A DNA stretch of 63,984 nucleotides, counting the filler, from Folioceros fuciformis (Eukaryota), in assembly GCA_049999805.1 (NCBI GenBank). It is 9 parts of 9 records of this genome, joined end to end, with 100 filler letters (N's around TTAATTAATTAA, not from the genome) between each part and the next. Parts side by side here need not be neighbours in the genome. Positions count along the whole stretch, not along the records: positions 18,210 to 44,590 come from JBNGIO010003874.1; positions 44,691 to 51,145 come from JBNGIO010003875.1; 7 more parts are not named here. One strand, 5' to 3'. Within the stretch, counting starts at the first letter, position 1. Each line of letters begins with the position of its first letter. The translations under genes were made by a program, and so were the position numbers. This document shows positions 32,901 through 46,194 of this stretch, in pieces. The notes under the pieces were generated by a model. The model was not told where the DNA came from. It ran no database searches and was given only the letters and a program-made list of their open reading frames with translations.

Positions 32901-33861
32901 ATGCTGTCGGCAGACTTGTAACATTAGTACATTATATAATTAACCCAGGTGGTATTCAGAACATGTTTTACCCGTCATCCCATCCCGTGGCACTGGGGGT
33001 CAAGGAACTAATTTAACAGGAAAACCATTGGACAACTGGACGAGGACCTCGTCGCTGGAGCTGTGATTCCACGGAGATGAATGTCAACCTTTCAAACGTC
33101 CAAGGAGCTGATCCATCGCCCACAAATGAGAAGAGGCCAGATACCGGAGGCTTTGGGAGCAGCAGCTGTGATCCACTAGAAACCAGCGTCCACGCTTCAC
33201 ATCTACGAGCTGATGGAATCCAGCTCCACGACGGGAAAGGACCTTCCTCCACCCACACAGCACCACCATACCAAATAGCCAAATGACACACTGTGACGTA
33301 TGACCAAAAGACATGGAACCAGCCAGCACAAAAGCTGGTGGATGCTGGTACCGGTGGAGGTCTTTTGCCCTTCGCACACCACCTTCCCCAGTCCCCACCA
33401 CACACCACCCCACTCCTCCACCGCCACGAAAAATGTTACTCACATATATCCCATATTGCTGCTGAATATGGCATCACGTGACGAGAATTATAATATTCTT
33501 TTCCATGTATTGAACGTGTCACGAAACTTGCGTTCATTCTTACTGCATGCTAATTTTCGCCCCGGACCCGCGCGGCGATGTGTCGGCCCTGCAGCTCCGA
33601 TTTGCAAAGGCGTTTTCCGTGAATATAGAAACATGGTGTGAAATGAATGAGGAAAAGGACCCGGCATGGCGTCCTCGAAGGAAGAGCCCGAATTTTCAGG
33701 TCATCCGGGTCTTGCAGCTCCAGCCAGCGTGCCTGCCTGTGTGCCGCCTCAAAAATCTCCCCTCCCTCCAGCTGGCCTCCTAACCCCGCCTCTGTCTGGC
33801 GGAGGAAGGTGTAACTAAGTTTGCCCCTTCCCCCATTCCCCGGTGCTGGCCTTTGGGATGG

Positions 33862-33868
33862 TATATAA
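33862..33868 (+). promoter_or_regulatory. Putative TATA box of Root_cap gene 1
   Basis: TATATAA about 110 bp upstream of ATG 33975. The paralog has TTATAA at 36747-36752, a similar distance. Confidence 0.5.
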
Positions 33869-33974
33869 GCCAAGGGGTCGCTAGTCCTGGAGCATCAGAG
33901 CAGTCGGGCAACCAGGCTTTGGAGTTCCCACATCCCCGCGCTTTCCCTCCCGTCTTCCTCCCGACCTTCGAGCT

Positions 33975-35125
33975 ATGGCTTCTGTCTTCCTGGCCGCTGC
34001 TCTCCTGGCCTTCGTGGCCCTCCTGGCTGTCCACCCGGCGGACGCATGGAAGAGTACACCATCTCTCCCCTCTTTCTCCTCGTGCTGCTCGGGAGATGCA
34101 TTCCGGTTGCAGCATCTCGCATTGCGTCCGCTTGTGATGTGCATGGCTGTGCGTTGCAGTCCACTGTAGTTCACTGTGGGGCAGTGTGGGTGCGAGGAGC
34201 AAGCTGTGATTTGATGTGAGCCTGACTCTTGGGTTTGCGGCGTTATTTTAATGCAGAGTGCTACAAGACTGGAGGTGTGTGTGGAGATCCCGCCCTGGTC
34301 GGAGGAGATGGTGTGGCTTTCTACTTCCACGGCCACAGGGACGCGGATTTCTGCCTTGTGTCCGATAGCAACCTCCACATCAACGCCCACTTCATCGGGA
34401 GGAGGAATGAGGGCATGCGCCGGGACTTCACCTGGGTGCAATCTCTGGGTATCCTCTTCGGAACCCACCAGCTCTACATTGGAGCCAACAAGGTGACCCC
34501 TCGACCCGGAATTGCATTCGGAAGCTTGTACGCTTTCGTCGACTGCGGCGCGCGGTACATCCTGTCTTCTCACGTTCGCATTGCGTTGCATTCGCAGGTC
34601 GCCAGCTTTGACAACTCCGTGGACCACTTCGTCCTGGCGTTCGACGCGAGCCCCGTGGTGCTGCCTCCCGGCGCCGGCGCTACTTGGTTTACGCTCGACG
34701 ACGGCGTGAAAATCACCAGGACCGAAGCAACCAACTTCCTCGCTGTGGAAGTCGAGAATCAGTTCTCCCTCAATGTCCGAGTGGTCCCGGTGAGCCAGGA
34801 GGAGAATGTGTTGCACAACTACGGCATTCCGGTCGACAACTGCTTCGCCCACCTGGAGCTGAGCTTCAACTTCCACTCCCTCTCCCCGAGCGTGTCCGGC
34901 GTGCTGGGCCAGACCTACCGCCCCGACTTTACCCACACCGAGGTCGTGAAGCCCGGCCAGACCATGCGCACCCTCCACGAAGAGCTCAATTTCTCCTCAT
35001 CCTCCCTCATGAAGCCGGACTGCGCCGTCACCCGATTCAACGGCGTCTCCGCCTCCGACATTCTGCAGAACCTCCCCGAGATCAGCTGCAGCACCGAGGG
35101 CAAGGGCCTCGTCTGCCGTCGCTAG
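33975..35125 (+). CDS. Secreted Root_cap/LEA-related protein, copy 1. Exons 33975-34053, 34257-34492, 34598-35125
   Basis: Signal peptide, CGDP..VGGDG..FYFHG..DADFCLVSD..LHINAHFIGRR...RDFTWVQSLG, NCFAHLEL.F.F..LS..V.GVLGQTYRP and terminal GLVCRR. Intron positions are shared with copy 2. Confidence 0.93.
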
Positions 35126-36867
35126 AACAATCCCACGCTCTGCACTTCCCCACCCAGTCCCCACTGGAGCCTTTCTCCTGGGGACTGGGCGAGGATGTGG
35201 GCAGACTCAGGCTTCAGCAGCATCGCAGCAAGTCATGCCCCGATGATGACTACATCAGCGAATTCCGCACCTCCCTTCGACCTCGATTTCTCTTGTCCAT
35301 CATGATGGCAGTTCTAAGAACGCCCAGATGGCTCACCCGTCTTTCTTACTTGTGAATGAATGTCAGTTAGTGTAAACAGGAGGAAATGACATGCTTGATG
35401 CGTCCAAGCAGCAGTCCAATATACAGTCTACGGCTCCCTCAACCCCACTGCGCTTCGAAGAAAACGCAGGCGGGGAGATGGAACTTACAATAAAGAACGG
35501 TTTGTTTAAACTTGGCCAACTCCACTTAGCATTCCGTTCCTGCCGACATGATGGGCCGGAATCCGTCCTTCTCCAGCTTCCTCTCACACATGTGCAGCCT
35601 AAACGACGCAGAGCTTAAGACAAACAACGCCGGCAAGACAGTGCTTTCTTCAGGAGCGCTGCAGTCGGGGAAGACCATCGCCCGATTCTCACTCCACTAT
35701 CGAGGATGCATGTCACGTGCAGAAATGCATCCCCACCTGCATTCTTTTATGTTTTCGCATTTCCAAGGACAAAAACGTGGCTTGGACAGTCACCTACGCG
35801 ACTGCTAACCAGCTTTTGCCACAGGGTTGACGGTAATTGTTGATCTCCTTTCGAACTTTTCTTCACCGTAATTTAGATTCATATCTTGCAACGTTCGTCC
35901 CAAGAGAAGACGGTGGTGTTTTGATACGAGAAAAGAACCTCCCTACGTACCTAAAGGTGATACGAACCAGTCGTGTTGCTGCCTTCCATTGGAGGTGTCC
36001 TTTTGATGGACACCTTTCGTGCGATTCAATGGAGAGCGTCTTGTCATTTCCTTTCGGATATGTGTCCCAATCTGGTTGATCGAACCCTTTGGTGTGGAGA
36101 GTGGGGGTGGGGAAGATGTTGAATGCAGAAACGGTGTGATTTTGTACTGCTTCCTCTCAGGCAATGTGAATTATTGGTGTAATTTTCATGAAAGACCGAA
36201 GGGAGTAATGTTCTCCCCAGCTGCGCACGAAGGGACGGAAGGGTCCAGAATCTTAGGAGGTGCAGACCGTTTGCATTACTTGACATGGGTTTGAACATCC
36301 CTGTCATCCGGGAGTGCATCTAATCGTGGACACATGGTTGATGTCTCTGACAAGTGGGGTGTGACGACCCGTGACGTATCACGGGTGGTACCCAGGATTT
36401 AAAATTGAGAGGTGGGCACTTGTCTCGTGGTATCTTCACCTTGGACACTAGTTTATGACGCGTCACATGGTGGCAGAAGCTTTTGATCATGTCGGGCACC
36501 AGCTCTCTTGCTGAGAATCCTGTTGCTCACATTAGGCGAGGGGGCCATCCGCGTCGTACGATCACCATCATGTTAGGGTGGAAGGCGATTTTTAATGCTC
36601 TTTCCGATCATTGACTCCCGCTCGCCGCGACCCCTGCCCCTGCCCGAAAACGAGCAGCGATCGTGAGCCGAACGCTGTGGAGCCCCCTCTGCAAGTCTTT
36701 GGCAGAGGCCTCCAGCTGTCTTTGTACAAACCACTTGCCGCCCGGCTTATAACTGGAGGCATTCTCGCTCGGTCCGATACCAGTGACACAGGCTAATACA
36801 CCGGTCCGGGCCATCCTCGTCTCTCCGCCTTGCTTACTCGGCAGCTGCGTCTTGGGGCTCGTGAGCT

Positions 36868-38035
36868 ATGGCTTCCAAATGTGCTCTCCTTGGGCCTGCG
36901 CTTCTGATGCTCTTTGCGCTGCAAGGGGTCGCGGCATGGAAAAGTATGGGTGTTTCCCCTTGTGCGTTGCTGCTTCCGGATTTGAGTTGTGGGTTTTGTT
37001 GGGTACCGCGGGGTCGTTGCGGGAAATGTTAGAGTCCTAGTGGAGCGGGGAAGAGAGTTGTGGGTGATGTGGAGTTCGGTGTGCACTGACCTTTGATGTG
37101 ATGTCAGACTGAAATTTTGGGTTTGCGATGCAATTTGAGTGCAGAGTGCTACAAGTATGGAGGTGTGTGTGGAGATCCCGCCCTGGTCGGAGGAGACGGT
37201 GTGGCTTTCTACTTCCACGGCCACAAGGACGCTGATTTCTGCCTGGTTTCCGACAACAACCTCCACATCAATGCCCACTTTATCGGGAGGAGGAATGAGG
37301 GCATGCGCCGGGACTTCACCTGGGTGCAGTCCTTGGGTATCCTCTTCGGCAATCACCAGCTCTACATTGGTGCCGATGTGGTAAATCCACAAGTCTTTAA
37401 AAGGCGATCTGCTGTCGTGTGTGCTCTCGTTCGTTTTCTGTCTCGTGCTCGAGATTTTGAACTCCCGTTCCGTAGCATTGATCAGTGACAAGGTCCGTGG
37501 CATACAGGTTGCCAGCTTTGACAATGATGTGGACCATTTCACCGTAGGCTTCGATGCCCGCTCCATTGCTCTTGCACCCGGCATAGGGGCGACCTGGTCT
37601 CCCTACGACGGCGTGAAGATTGTCAGGACCGAGGCTACCAATTTCATCACAGTGGAGGTTGAGAATCAATTCACTCTCCAGGTGCACGTTGTGCCAGTCT
37701 CCCAAGAGGAGAACATCAAGCACAACTACGGTATCACTGCCGACAACTGCTTCGCTCATCTGGAGCTCAGCTTCGACTTCCACTCCCTCTCCCCGAACGT
37801 CGACGGCGTGCTCGGCCAGACCTACCGCCCCGACTTCGTCCACACGACAGACTTGAAGCCAGGGCAGAGCATGAGAACTCTGCACCACGAGGGATTGTTC
37901 TCCTCATCCCACCTCATGGCTCCTGACTGCGCCGCCACCAGGTTCAACGGGGTCTCCTCTGGCGAGCACCTTGCCAGCTTACCCCAAATGTCCTGCACCT
38001 CGGAGAGCAACAGAGGCTTGGTCTGCCGCCGCTAA
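36868..38035 (+). CDS. Secreted Root_cap/LEA-related protein, copy 2. Exons 36868-36943, 37145-37380, 37508-38035
   Basis: Same motifs, exon phases and GT-AG introns as copy 1. Confidence 0.93.
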
Positions 38036-40129
38036 ACTCCTACGTCGGTCACTGTAGTTGGTTTTGCTGCCGTGTTAGAGGTAATACTCCTCCTGCTGGT
38101 GCTTCCAGCAGGATGGCAGCCATTGGCTGCGCTATTACCTCGCATTGTTGTGTAGTTTGTATTCGGCATGATGCTTTTAGCGGCAGGACATTGCCGAAGG
38201 GCACACTGAATACTGCCACTCCCTGTACCTACCTTTGCTCTTCTTTAGCAGCTATAAAAATGAGTGGCTTCAGCCAGGCAGCTTTAACAGCTTGCCACTG
38301 GCTTCTTCTCTGATCAGCGCACACCGGTTATCAGCCTTCAACATTCTGGAAAGTGAAAGAATCCCTCAAATGGGGGACACAGAAAATCTCTCAACCAGCA
38401 CTGTGGACACGTGGACAACCGAGCGAAAAATGTACGTTAAAATAGTGTAAACTGTGCCAACACATGGACGACAAGCACGAGCTGATGATTCGAATGAATG
38501 ATCGCTCCCCTTACCCATCTCTTGCCGTGTCCACTGTCACAAGGAACAAATGTCGCACCCAACAGTCCTATCCCTTCCACCTCTGCACGCTCTGCTGCTG
38601 CGGGACCCCACCCTCGGTGCAAGCTTGCATGAACGCAAATCCGGGGTCCACAAAGTGCCGACACTGGACGGCACAGCGACACCTGTTCACCCCGACTGGC
38701 CTACAAGGACACAATTTCCAAGGAGGGAGCCTGGGAGACAGAACAGCCGTCACCCTAATTTGGCAAGTTACGCAGAAATAGGCCAGAGTGTGTGATCAGC
38801 ACGAGCCTGCGATCCGCACGCAAGTATAGACAGTACAGTAGAATGCAGCAAAGCACCCACCCACCCTCTTGTACCCCTGTCTTAACAGCTGTCCGTACCG
38901 AAGGCTGGTGAACGATGGGCATTCCACCACGCTTTCCGTGGGCCTGGTGTCAGAGCGCCTGGTGGCCTCTGTTCCAGCCTTCTGGCCTTTACTCGGCTTA
39001 ATCTCCGTATTTCCAGCTTGACTGGCGTCAACAGTGTCTTTTCAGGGCTTACAATCTCGTGCGATCTGGGCGTTATCAGACTTTTGAGGTGGCCATCAAC
39101 TCAGTACTGTACAGCCTGCAGAGATGTAGTGGTATGGATTCATCAATGTGGGCGCCTGCCATGTTCAGGACTGTACATCGAGAAGAGTGGAGCCATGCCC
39201 TAGCCATAGTGCTGCGTGTCAGTGTGTGGCGTCGCCGTCACTGCAAAAGGTGCAGCACCGCCCACCATCTGATACGACAATTATGTACTCGGAACTGTGT
39301 GGTTCCGACAGCCAGTTCGAAATACATACACTATCACCATTCTACCATCCTTCCTTGACTCCGACTGTTTTTCATTGGCCTGCGGCCCAACCACAAACTC
39401 AGGCTCCTCTGCACACAATCCATTACCCATCTGGTTGATTTGTGATTCTTGATGCACAACTGCCCGTCAGGAGGAGGCAGAGACACGCCAGCGCCAGGTT
39501 GGTGCCGCAAATTCCAAGCGCTCAGGAGCAGGCAGAAAGCTGGCAGGTTCTGGATACCTTACCTAATTATAACTCTCCCGCTTACGATTATAATCATTAT
39601 AATTTAGATATAATATTCTGTGCATGTATATATATTTCCTGTAAATAATATTAGATTCTTTGTTACATGATTAAAGTTATAATTATATTTATACGATGAA
39701 CTTTTATATAGCCAAGAGTGAAGAGTCACTACCTTTCAAGATGTGACCTTAGTTGGTCTAACATGGACTACTTATCTCTTGGTTAGTGGTAGCCAACTCA
39801 ATTTGTATTATCCTCTAACTCTACATGTTAAACTAGATAAGTTATAAAATCAAGGCTTTTTCTCTTGTTGTTGTAGGGTTTTCACAATGTGCTAGTCTAC
39901 CAAACTAACCATCACAAGCTGCACTCATACTCATGCTGCAATTGCATGTCTAGAAGCTCGAGGAGCCAAACATCAGTCGTGCACACGATTGAAATAAGCA
40001 AGCTACAACACGTATGGTATAATCAACCTAATTGACTTTTAAGTCAAAGATTTTTTCTATCTAAAATAACTAAGGTAGTCACTAACGCAAAGAGTATTCG
40101 CACTTAGGAATTGTAGTAGAAATAATACC

Positions 40130-40900
40130 AGAAAGTGGAGATAAAGCTACCTCCAAGTCGAGTGGAGTAGAACTCCTATGACAAGAGTCTTTTTTGTTTC
40201 GAAAGTGTCAACCATGTTGGTTCACCTTCCTTCTTTAAAGCAGAAGCTACTAAAATAAAAGTTGCTTAGGAAAGGGCAGAATTTATAAGACAACAAATGT
40301 TAGGAAAACAGATGAACTATGGAACTCAATCATAAGGTCATTAAGGTTAGAAGAAGAAGCACTAACTAATTTAGAAGCAAAAGCTAAATGCACTAAGTAA
40401 CAAGGTCCTAACCGAGCCTCATCAAAGGTGATGGTGCATTGCCAAGCATGTACAAGAGTATGGGTATTCAAGTCAACCACTTTTGGGAGCCTTGTGGTCC
40501 TTGGCATAGCTCACAAACAACTCCGTGTGAGCTTGAGAAGAACTTATTACAAAGCTGGAAAGAAACATAAGCCATAAGCGAGATAGCCAAAAAGCTGGAA
40601 AGAAACATAAGCCATAAGCGAGATAGCCAAAAACTCGAAGATGAGTGATAAGAGGCTTATGCCCATGTTAGCACTTACAAGGAGTCTAGTCAAGGACTTC
40701 CTTGGATAATACCCTCTTGCGCAGGTATACTAGAGTTTTAGCCACGAAGGACTTAGGACAATTGTGTTTTTGTGCGCATAGCCCATGCCATTGATAGAAA
40801 ATCATTATTTGCCTTCTTAGCAATCCCAGTCCGTTGAGAGATGTAAGGAATATTGTAGATAATCTGAGTATATTGCTCTCTAAGCAAAATTCCATAAACT
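40130..40900 (-). mobile_element. Very old Ty1/copia integrase relic
   Basis: Fragments EFCLESNILR, GIAKKANNDFLSMAWAM, LVYLRKRV and VVDLNTHTLVHA...ITFDE in different frames. Includes a 40-bp tandem duplication at 40551-40630. Confidence 0.55.
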
Positions 40901-43292
40901 AGCAATTATTAAGCTCTCCAACATTGTAAGAACAAATGCAACCAAGCATGCAACCAATTGGAAGCTCAACCACAGGGACAAAAGAAAAAAAAACCAACGG
41001 AATCACTCTTTAAGTGAAGTGGAAAGCAAATTTTAAAGCATAACAGCTATAATAATCTAGAACAGTCATGCAGTGTTGTGCGCTGCCAAGTAAAGAAATA
41101 GGGAGTGAAGTAAGAGATCAATGTAAGCCAACTCAGGAGGGTATGTAGTTCATTGGATAACTAGAACCTCATTGAAAGTAAATGAAGTTTCTCTAAGAAG
41201 CAAAGATGGTCGCTATCACACAAGAGGAGAAGATCCATAAGTTTAATGTACTTATGGGTTATAAGTTTTTTATCATGCTAGTTCTTCTGTTGGGATTGAA
41301 CAAGCTGCTTCTTTACTAAGTGTGCAGTGAAATGTTGTGTCCGGGGACACCATGAGGTCCACACTTACCTTCTATGTCGTTGTAGCTATGGGATTTGCTC
41401 CCAAGGGAATGATTTGTGCCAAGTAACTTAGACTCTTTCTACTCCTAGCTCTTGCCTAGGTCAACGTTCACCTACTACTGTTCCCACTACCTATGAGCTC
41501 AATTACCCCTACCCTCAGGTAACCCAGCCACCACGGTTCTTACTCCATGACCCCGATTTCTACTCCACGACCATGGTCACTCACTCTACGACAGGTAGTG
41601 ACCCCCGCTACCGTGGTGGGTCCCACCCTAAAACCCTAACTAATGTCCCTACGCATGCACCACCACAGTTTCTACCCCGGGTTCCTACCCCGAGCTCCTT
41701 GATTGGACTTATGGGATGCTAACCACACATGCAAAGGCCAACCCTTGGAAGGAAAAATGACAATCCCGTCGGTTAGCCACACTCCCTCACACCCATGAGC
41801 ATTACCCACACGCACACACACACCGGAACTCTAATGCACAATCATTCCTCTTAAGTCAGGCTCCAAATGCTTCCAATTTCCCTTTCCCCAGCAATAGCCA
41901 CAAATCCCCAGCAACCTCTCAGCTACTTCCCGCGATCTTCCTCAGTCTCCAATCAGTCTCCCTCAAATGTCTCGAGATTCCTCAGAAATCTTCCAAAAAT
42001 CACACCCTAGTTTCACCAGTCTTTCACAACCATCCAGCAAATTCTCAGTAGTTTTCTTCAGTTCTCCAGCAGTCACTCAGCGAGCCTTTTCTGTTAGTGG
42101 CAGTTAGTTCTTCTCCTCTTCTCTTCTCAACTCACACACCTCATCTTCTCACACACTCTCTTCAACACCTGATTCGAAATGCAACCAATGGTTCAAGGAA
42201 TAAGGGAAAGAGAAGTTCTCCTTCCACCCAGCGCGGCAGGCTAATTCGTCCCCCTCACCACTCACCGCAAAACACGACTAGCAAACTAGGGAATAAGGGA
42301 AGGTGACCTTCCACTCAGCAAGGAATTTGCTGATTGATTGCTAATTGATCGTCCTCTTCACCACCAGCTACGGAGTGAAAGCTCTCGACCGCTCCTAGCA
42401 GCGTCACGCACACACTACCCACCCAGACATCTCCAATCCAGCCATGGACAGCGCGGGGATCTCAATTGGGAAGTTGTCTCCAACATTCGCTAATTTGCGA
42501 GACCCAACAAGCCTCTTTGTACAACGCGTCCAAAGCAAGGTCGCAGCCGCCATTAAGTCTAGTCTTAAGTAGTCAAGTGCTCTTAATTGTGATCAGCATC
42601 AGGTCCAAGAAAGCATCTTCACCAAATCGAAACTAAATACTATTTTAAGATGCAATAAATTCTGGCCTATCTTATCATTGCCCGCGCCTCCTGTTTGGCC
42701 TTCGCATTCTCCTTCCCCAGCCGTCAAATCCCCAGGCTATCCTCCCCCTTTGCTGGTCAAGCAGATCCTCCCATAAAACCTCACCTCACTCTCACTGCCG
42801 CCTGCCTTCTCCTATTTAGGCATGGTGTGGTGCCCAGGGGAGTTCTCCCTCCTCCTTCTGGTCGTCTGTTGCTGAGGATCATTACAGGTTCTTGCTCCAC
42901 CTAGGCTTGTACTTCCTCTTTTGTGAGCTTCTCCAAGATCGCCTTCGAGTAATAGGGACTCAGCCCCCATACCCGGAGAAGCATCCCCTGCGGGTCCTTA
43001 GTTGTAGGCAGTAGGCTCTGGTCCCTCCTATTTCCACACGCACATGGACAGTAAGGTTAAGTACACGATCCCCATTCACATAGAGGCCAGGAATATAAGA
43101 TTCCTCATCCAGGTGCTGTAATACAGTCTGGCCTCCCACTACAGATGAGGTGCTTACTGCCTCCTCCCATGGGCTACCCCAAACTGTCTATCTTTTGCTC
43201 TCTAAGGGTGCTGGGGAGTCCTCTGTCCCTCTGGCTGCCATTGTCCCTAATCCGGTTCTCCTAGTGCAGGAGGTCATTCCAACCACCCCAAT

Positions 43293-44590
43293 TGTGGGTT
43301 TCGTAATGCAAGCACGGATCATTGAGAGGGCACGAGTGGGTACGAGCGAAAGCACAAGAACGCGGCAAAGAAGAATAAAAATGGTTATTAAGTTCATGGG
43401 AAAAAGTTGGATATATACAATGGTCACATGTTTGTTGTAACTGTTCATAAAACTACTAAAGTATAATAAACCTAACCATAGGTTCATTAACTATTTCTTC
43501 ACTCCCTCTTAGTTGCAATGAATAGATAAAGGGAAAATATGAAGATATTAATATTGTCTTAAAAACGTAAACCCTGAATCGAACTTAGGACCAAAAACTG
43601 AAAAGGAATCTCATGGAGTGCAAATACGCCAAGTCTTTTGACTGCCTACTCCCCGTGACCAGCAATTTGTTATGCTCCGGCACGCTGTGTCCTATAGTCT
43701 CCCAGCTCATTACGCTCCACATCGAGCTATAAAACAATGACGCTCCAGTCTGCAACCTTTGAGCTTTGCGACTTAGCTGCTACCCTCTTGCTTGCCTGGT
43801 TCGATGTCTATCTCCTAGAAATCCGGTCGTTGAGCTGCAAACACTATTGTCTACTCACGGGAGAAACCTGAATGAAAATCCCCAACATCGTCGAGTGCAT
43901 CCATTGCAACAGAGAGTGGATTCCCACTTCCAAGTACTCTCCTCGACAGTAGACATTTCACAGCTCTGTAAATCAGCACCCACCAACAGATATCGACGCA
44001 CCCAAAACAGCTGAACAGCAAACTCAAGAGCAAATATCAAGCTGCTATGCTGAGGGCTATGCCCAAGGAGAAAGGAGAACTCGACTACTACTACACATAT
44101 CATATTAAATGTGGGGAAGAGAAGCAACTGAGCCAAAAGGAGCAAATCATACTAATGAGAGCTACCAAAATATTTGGTGATGATGGTGCTCCCTCTAAAG
44201 GTGGAAGACAGAAAAGGAGAAGATAAGACAAACCTGATGAGGAGGGGCAAGCGCTTACTTGTGAGTGATTTCTTCATCCACCCTGCTCCCCTCTACACCT
44301 ACCTGTCTCACCATGCTGTGAGGACAAGTAGTCTAATGTGTTGTACCTAGCTTTTGAGAAGGCATGATCAGACCTAGCCCTACAGCTGTAGTGTGCTTGG
44401 AATGCAGGAACTTGGCTAAAGCCTTGGTGAGAAGGTTAGCAATATTATCACCAGTGGGGATATAGTTTACCTCTACCTCACCTATGTTTGATGCTTGTCT
44501 GATAAAATGGTGGGTGATCTCAATGTGTTTGGATCGAGCATGAAAGACTGGACTTTTCGATAATGCTGTGGCTGATTGATTGTTGCACCA
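43293..44590 (-). mobile_element. 3' end of a Ty1/copia element: RNase H end (44367-44590), tail, PPT (43502-43512), LTR (about 43293-43501)
   Basis: WCNNQSATALSKSPVFHARSKHIEITHHFIRQ...NIANLLTKAL; CTAAGAGGGAG followed by TGAAGAAAT...CCCACA. Confidence 0.8.
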
Positions 44591-45165
44591 NNNNNNNNNN
44601 NNNNNNNNNNNNNNNNNNNNNNNNNNNNNNNNNNTTAATTAATTAANNNNNNNNNNNNNNNNNNNNNNNNNNNNNNNNNNNNNNNNNNNNGGGAACGTGG
44701 AGATCCCAAGACTGTCAAGATCCGTGTGGCCGGATCCGCAAGGGCTGAATGATTTGCAGGCTGGCTGAAGTGGAGGAACAGGACCGTGAGCTGGAGGGCT
44801 ATCCAGTCCTAGTGTCCACACTATGCTTGGAGGCTGCAGGGCGTGAAGCCATTGTGTCCCAATTTCCAGGAAGGGACTGAAGTGGGAATCTTGAAGAGCT
44901 AAGGTGAAGGAGAAAGGGACTGAAGTGGGAATCATGAAGAGCTAAAGGACTGAAGAACAAGAGTGAGTTGGGCGAGCTGACTTAGGGGGTAGGCTAGGCT
45001 TCTGGCCTTTTTGTTGTGAGTGTATGGACAGGCCTATGGACCAGCTGATAGGTAGAAGTGTGATAGGTAGTGTTCCTTGGCACTAGTTCACTCCCTTGGG
45101 AGCGAACCATAGGACTGCATAGGGGGATGTGTGGCCCTTGGGTGGTTCTTGGGTGCAAGAAATCA

Positions 45166-45755
45166 CTCCACACTTGCCAACTCCACCTGTTTGTCTGCAA
45201 ATATACAAGGTCGACCAGTTAATGACTGGTACCTTGATACTGGTGCAATAGCGCACGTATGCTTTGACAGAAATGCTTTCGTCACATACAGACTAGTAGA
45301 CAATCAGTTTGTCTACCTTGGTGATGATAGATCACTTGGGTCTCCGGGAAAAGGCACAGTAAAAATTCCAGTTCCCTCTGAAATCACACTCATACTGAAA
45401 GATGTATATTATGTCCCTGAAATGACTAGGAATCTCATCTCTATTAGGAAACTAAACTTGGATAACAATACTCACGTCTTGTTTACCCCTACAGAGTGCA
45501 GGATCATTGATGCTTTTGATTCCTGCAAGATACTAGCCTCTGGGTCATTAGAACATGATTTGTTTCGCCTACACACTCGTAATCACACAACAAAGACACA
45601 TTTAGCTTCTAACTCTTCAGAAGCAACTAATAAGCTAGAAGAAAAGGCTAAGTTATGGCATGCTCGACTTGGTCACCCTCATAGTCCAAAGCTACAAAAA
45701 CTTGCTAGTAGTGAGCTCTACAGTGATGGAAAAATAGGCAGCTTGCCACCTCTAA
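45166..45755 (+). mobile_element. Ty1/copia protease / pre-integrase fragment, family E
   Basis: WYLDTGA, LKDVYYVPEM.RNLIS and LWHARLGH. 45491-45752 is near-identical to the reverse complement of about 62718-62980. Confidence 0.9.
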
Positions 45756-46194
45756 CATTTGGTAATCAGTGTTGCAAGCCAGAGGCAACGAGAGGAATGG
45801 ACTCAATTGCAAAACCCACTAGAAAGGAGGTGGGGGCCTAGAGCCTAGGCATATGATGGATAGTTTGCTATCCCCGATACACCCCGTCCAAAATGGTCCC
45901 TTAGAGATCCCATGTACTATGCATGAAGAGGGAGGACAGTCTATAGAGAAGGGCACGTTTCTGCAACCTCAGACTCAAAGTTTGGACTCGTATCCACTAA
46001 GGGTAGGGAGCTTGGATGCTTCACAACCAACACTAGCATTGCTTCATCTCCGCTTGGGAATAGTACAGGGAGCAGCCACATTATGAGGGTGAGGNNNNNN
46101 NNNNNNNNNNNNNNNNNNNNNNNNNNNNNNNNNNNNNNNNNNNNNNNNNNNNNNNNNNNNNNNNNNNNNNNNNNNNNNNNNNNNNNNNNNNNNN

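Noticed and set aside
31100..33870. Many overlapping ORFs between DUF688 and Root_cap copy 1
   Set aside because: GC-rich leader/promoter DNA open in several frames, with no protein motifs. Only the tRNA is supported.
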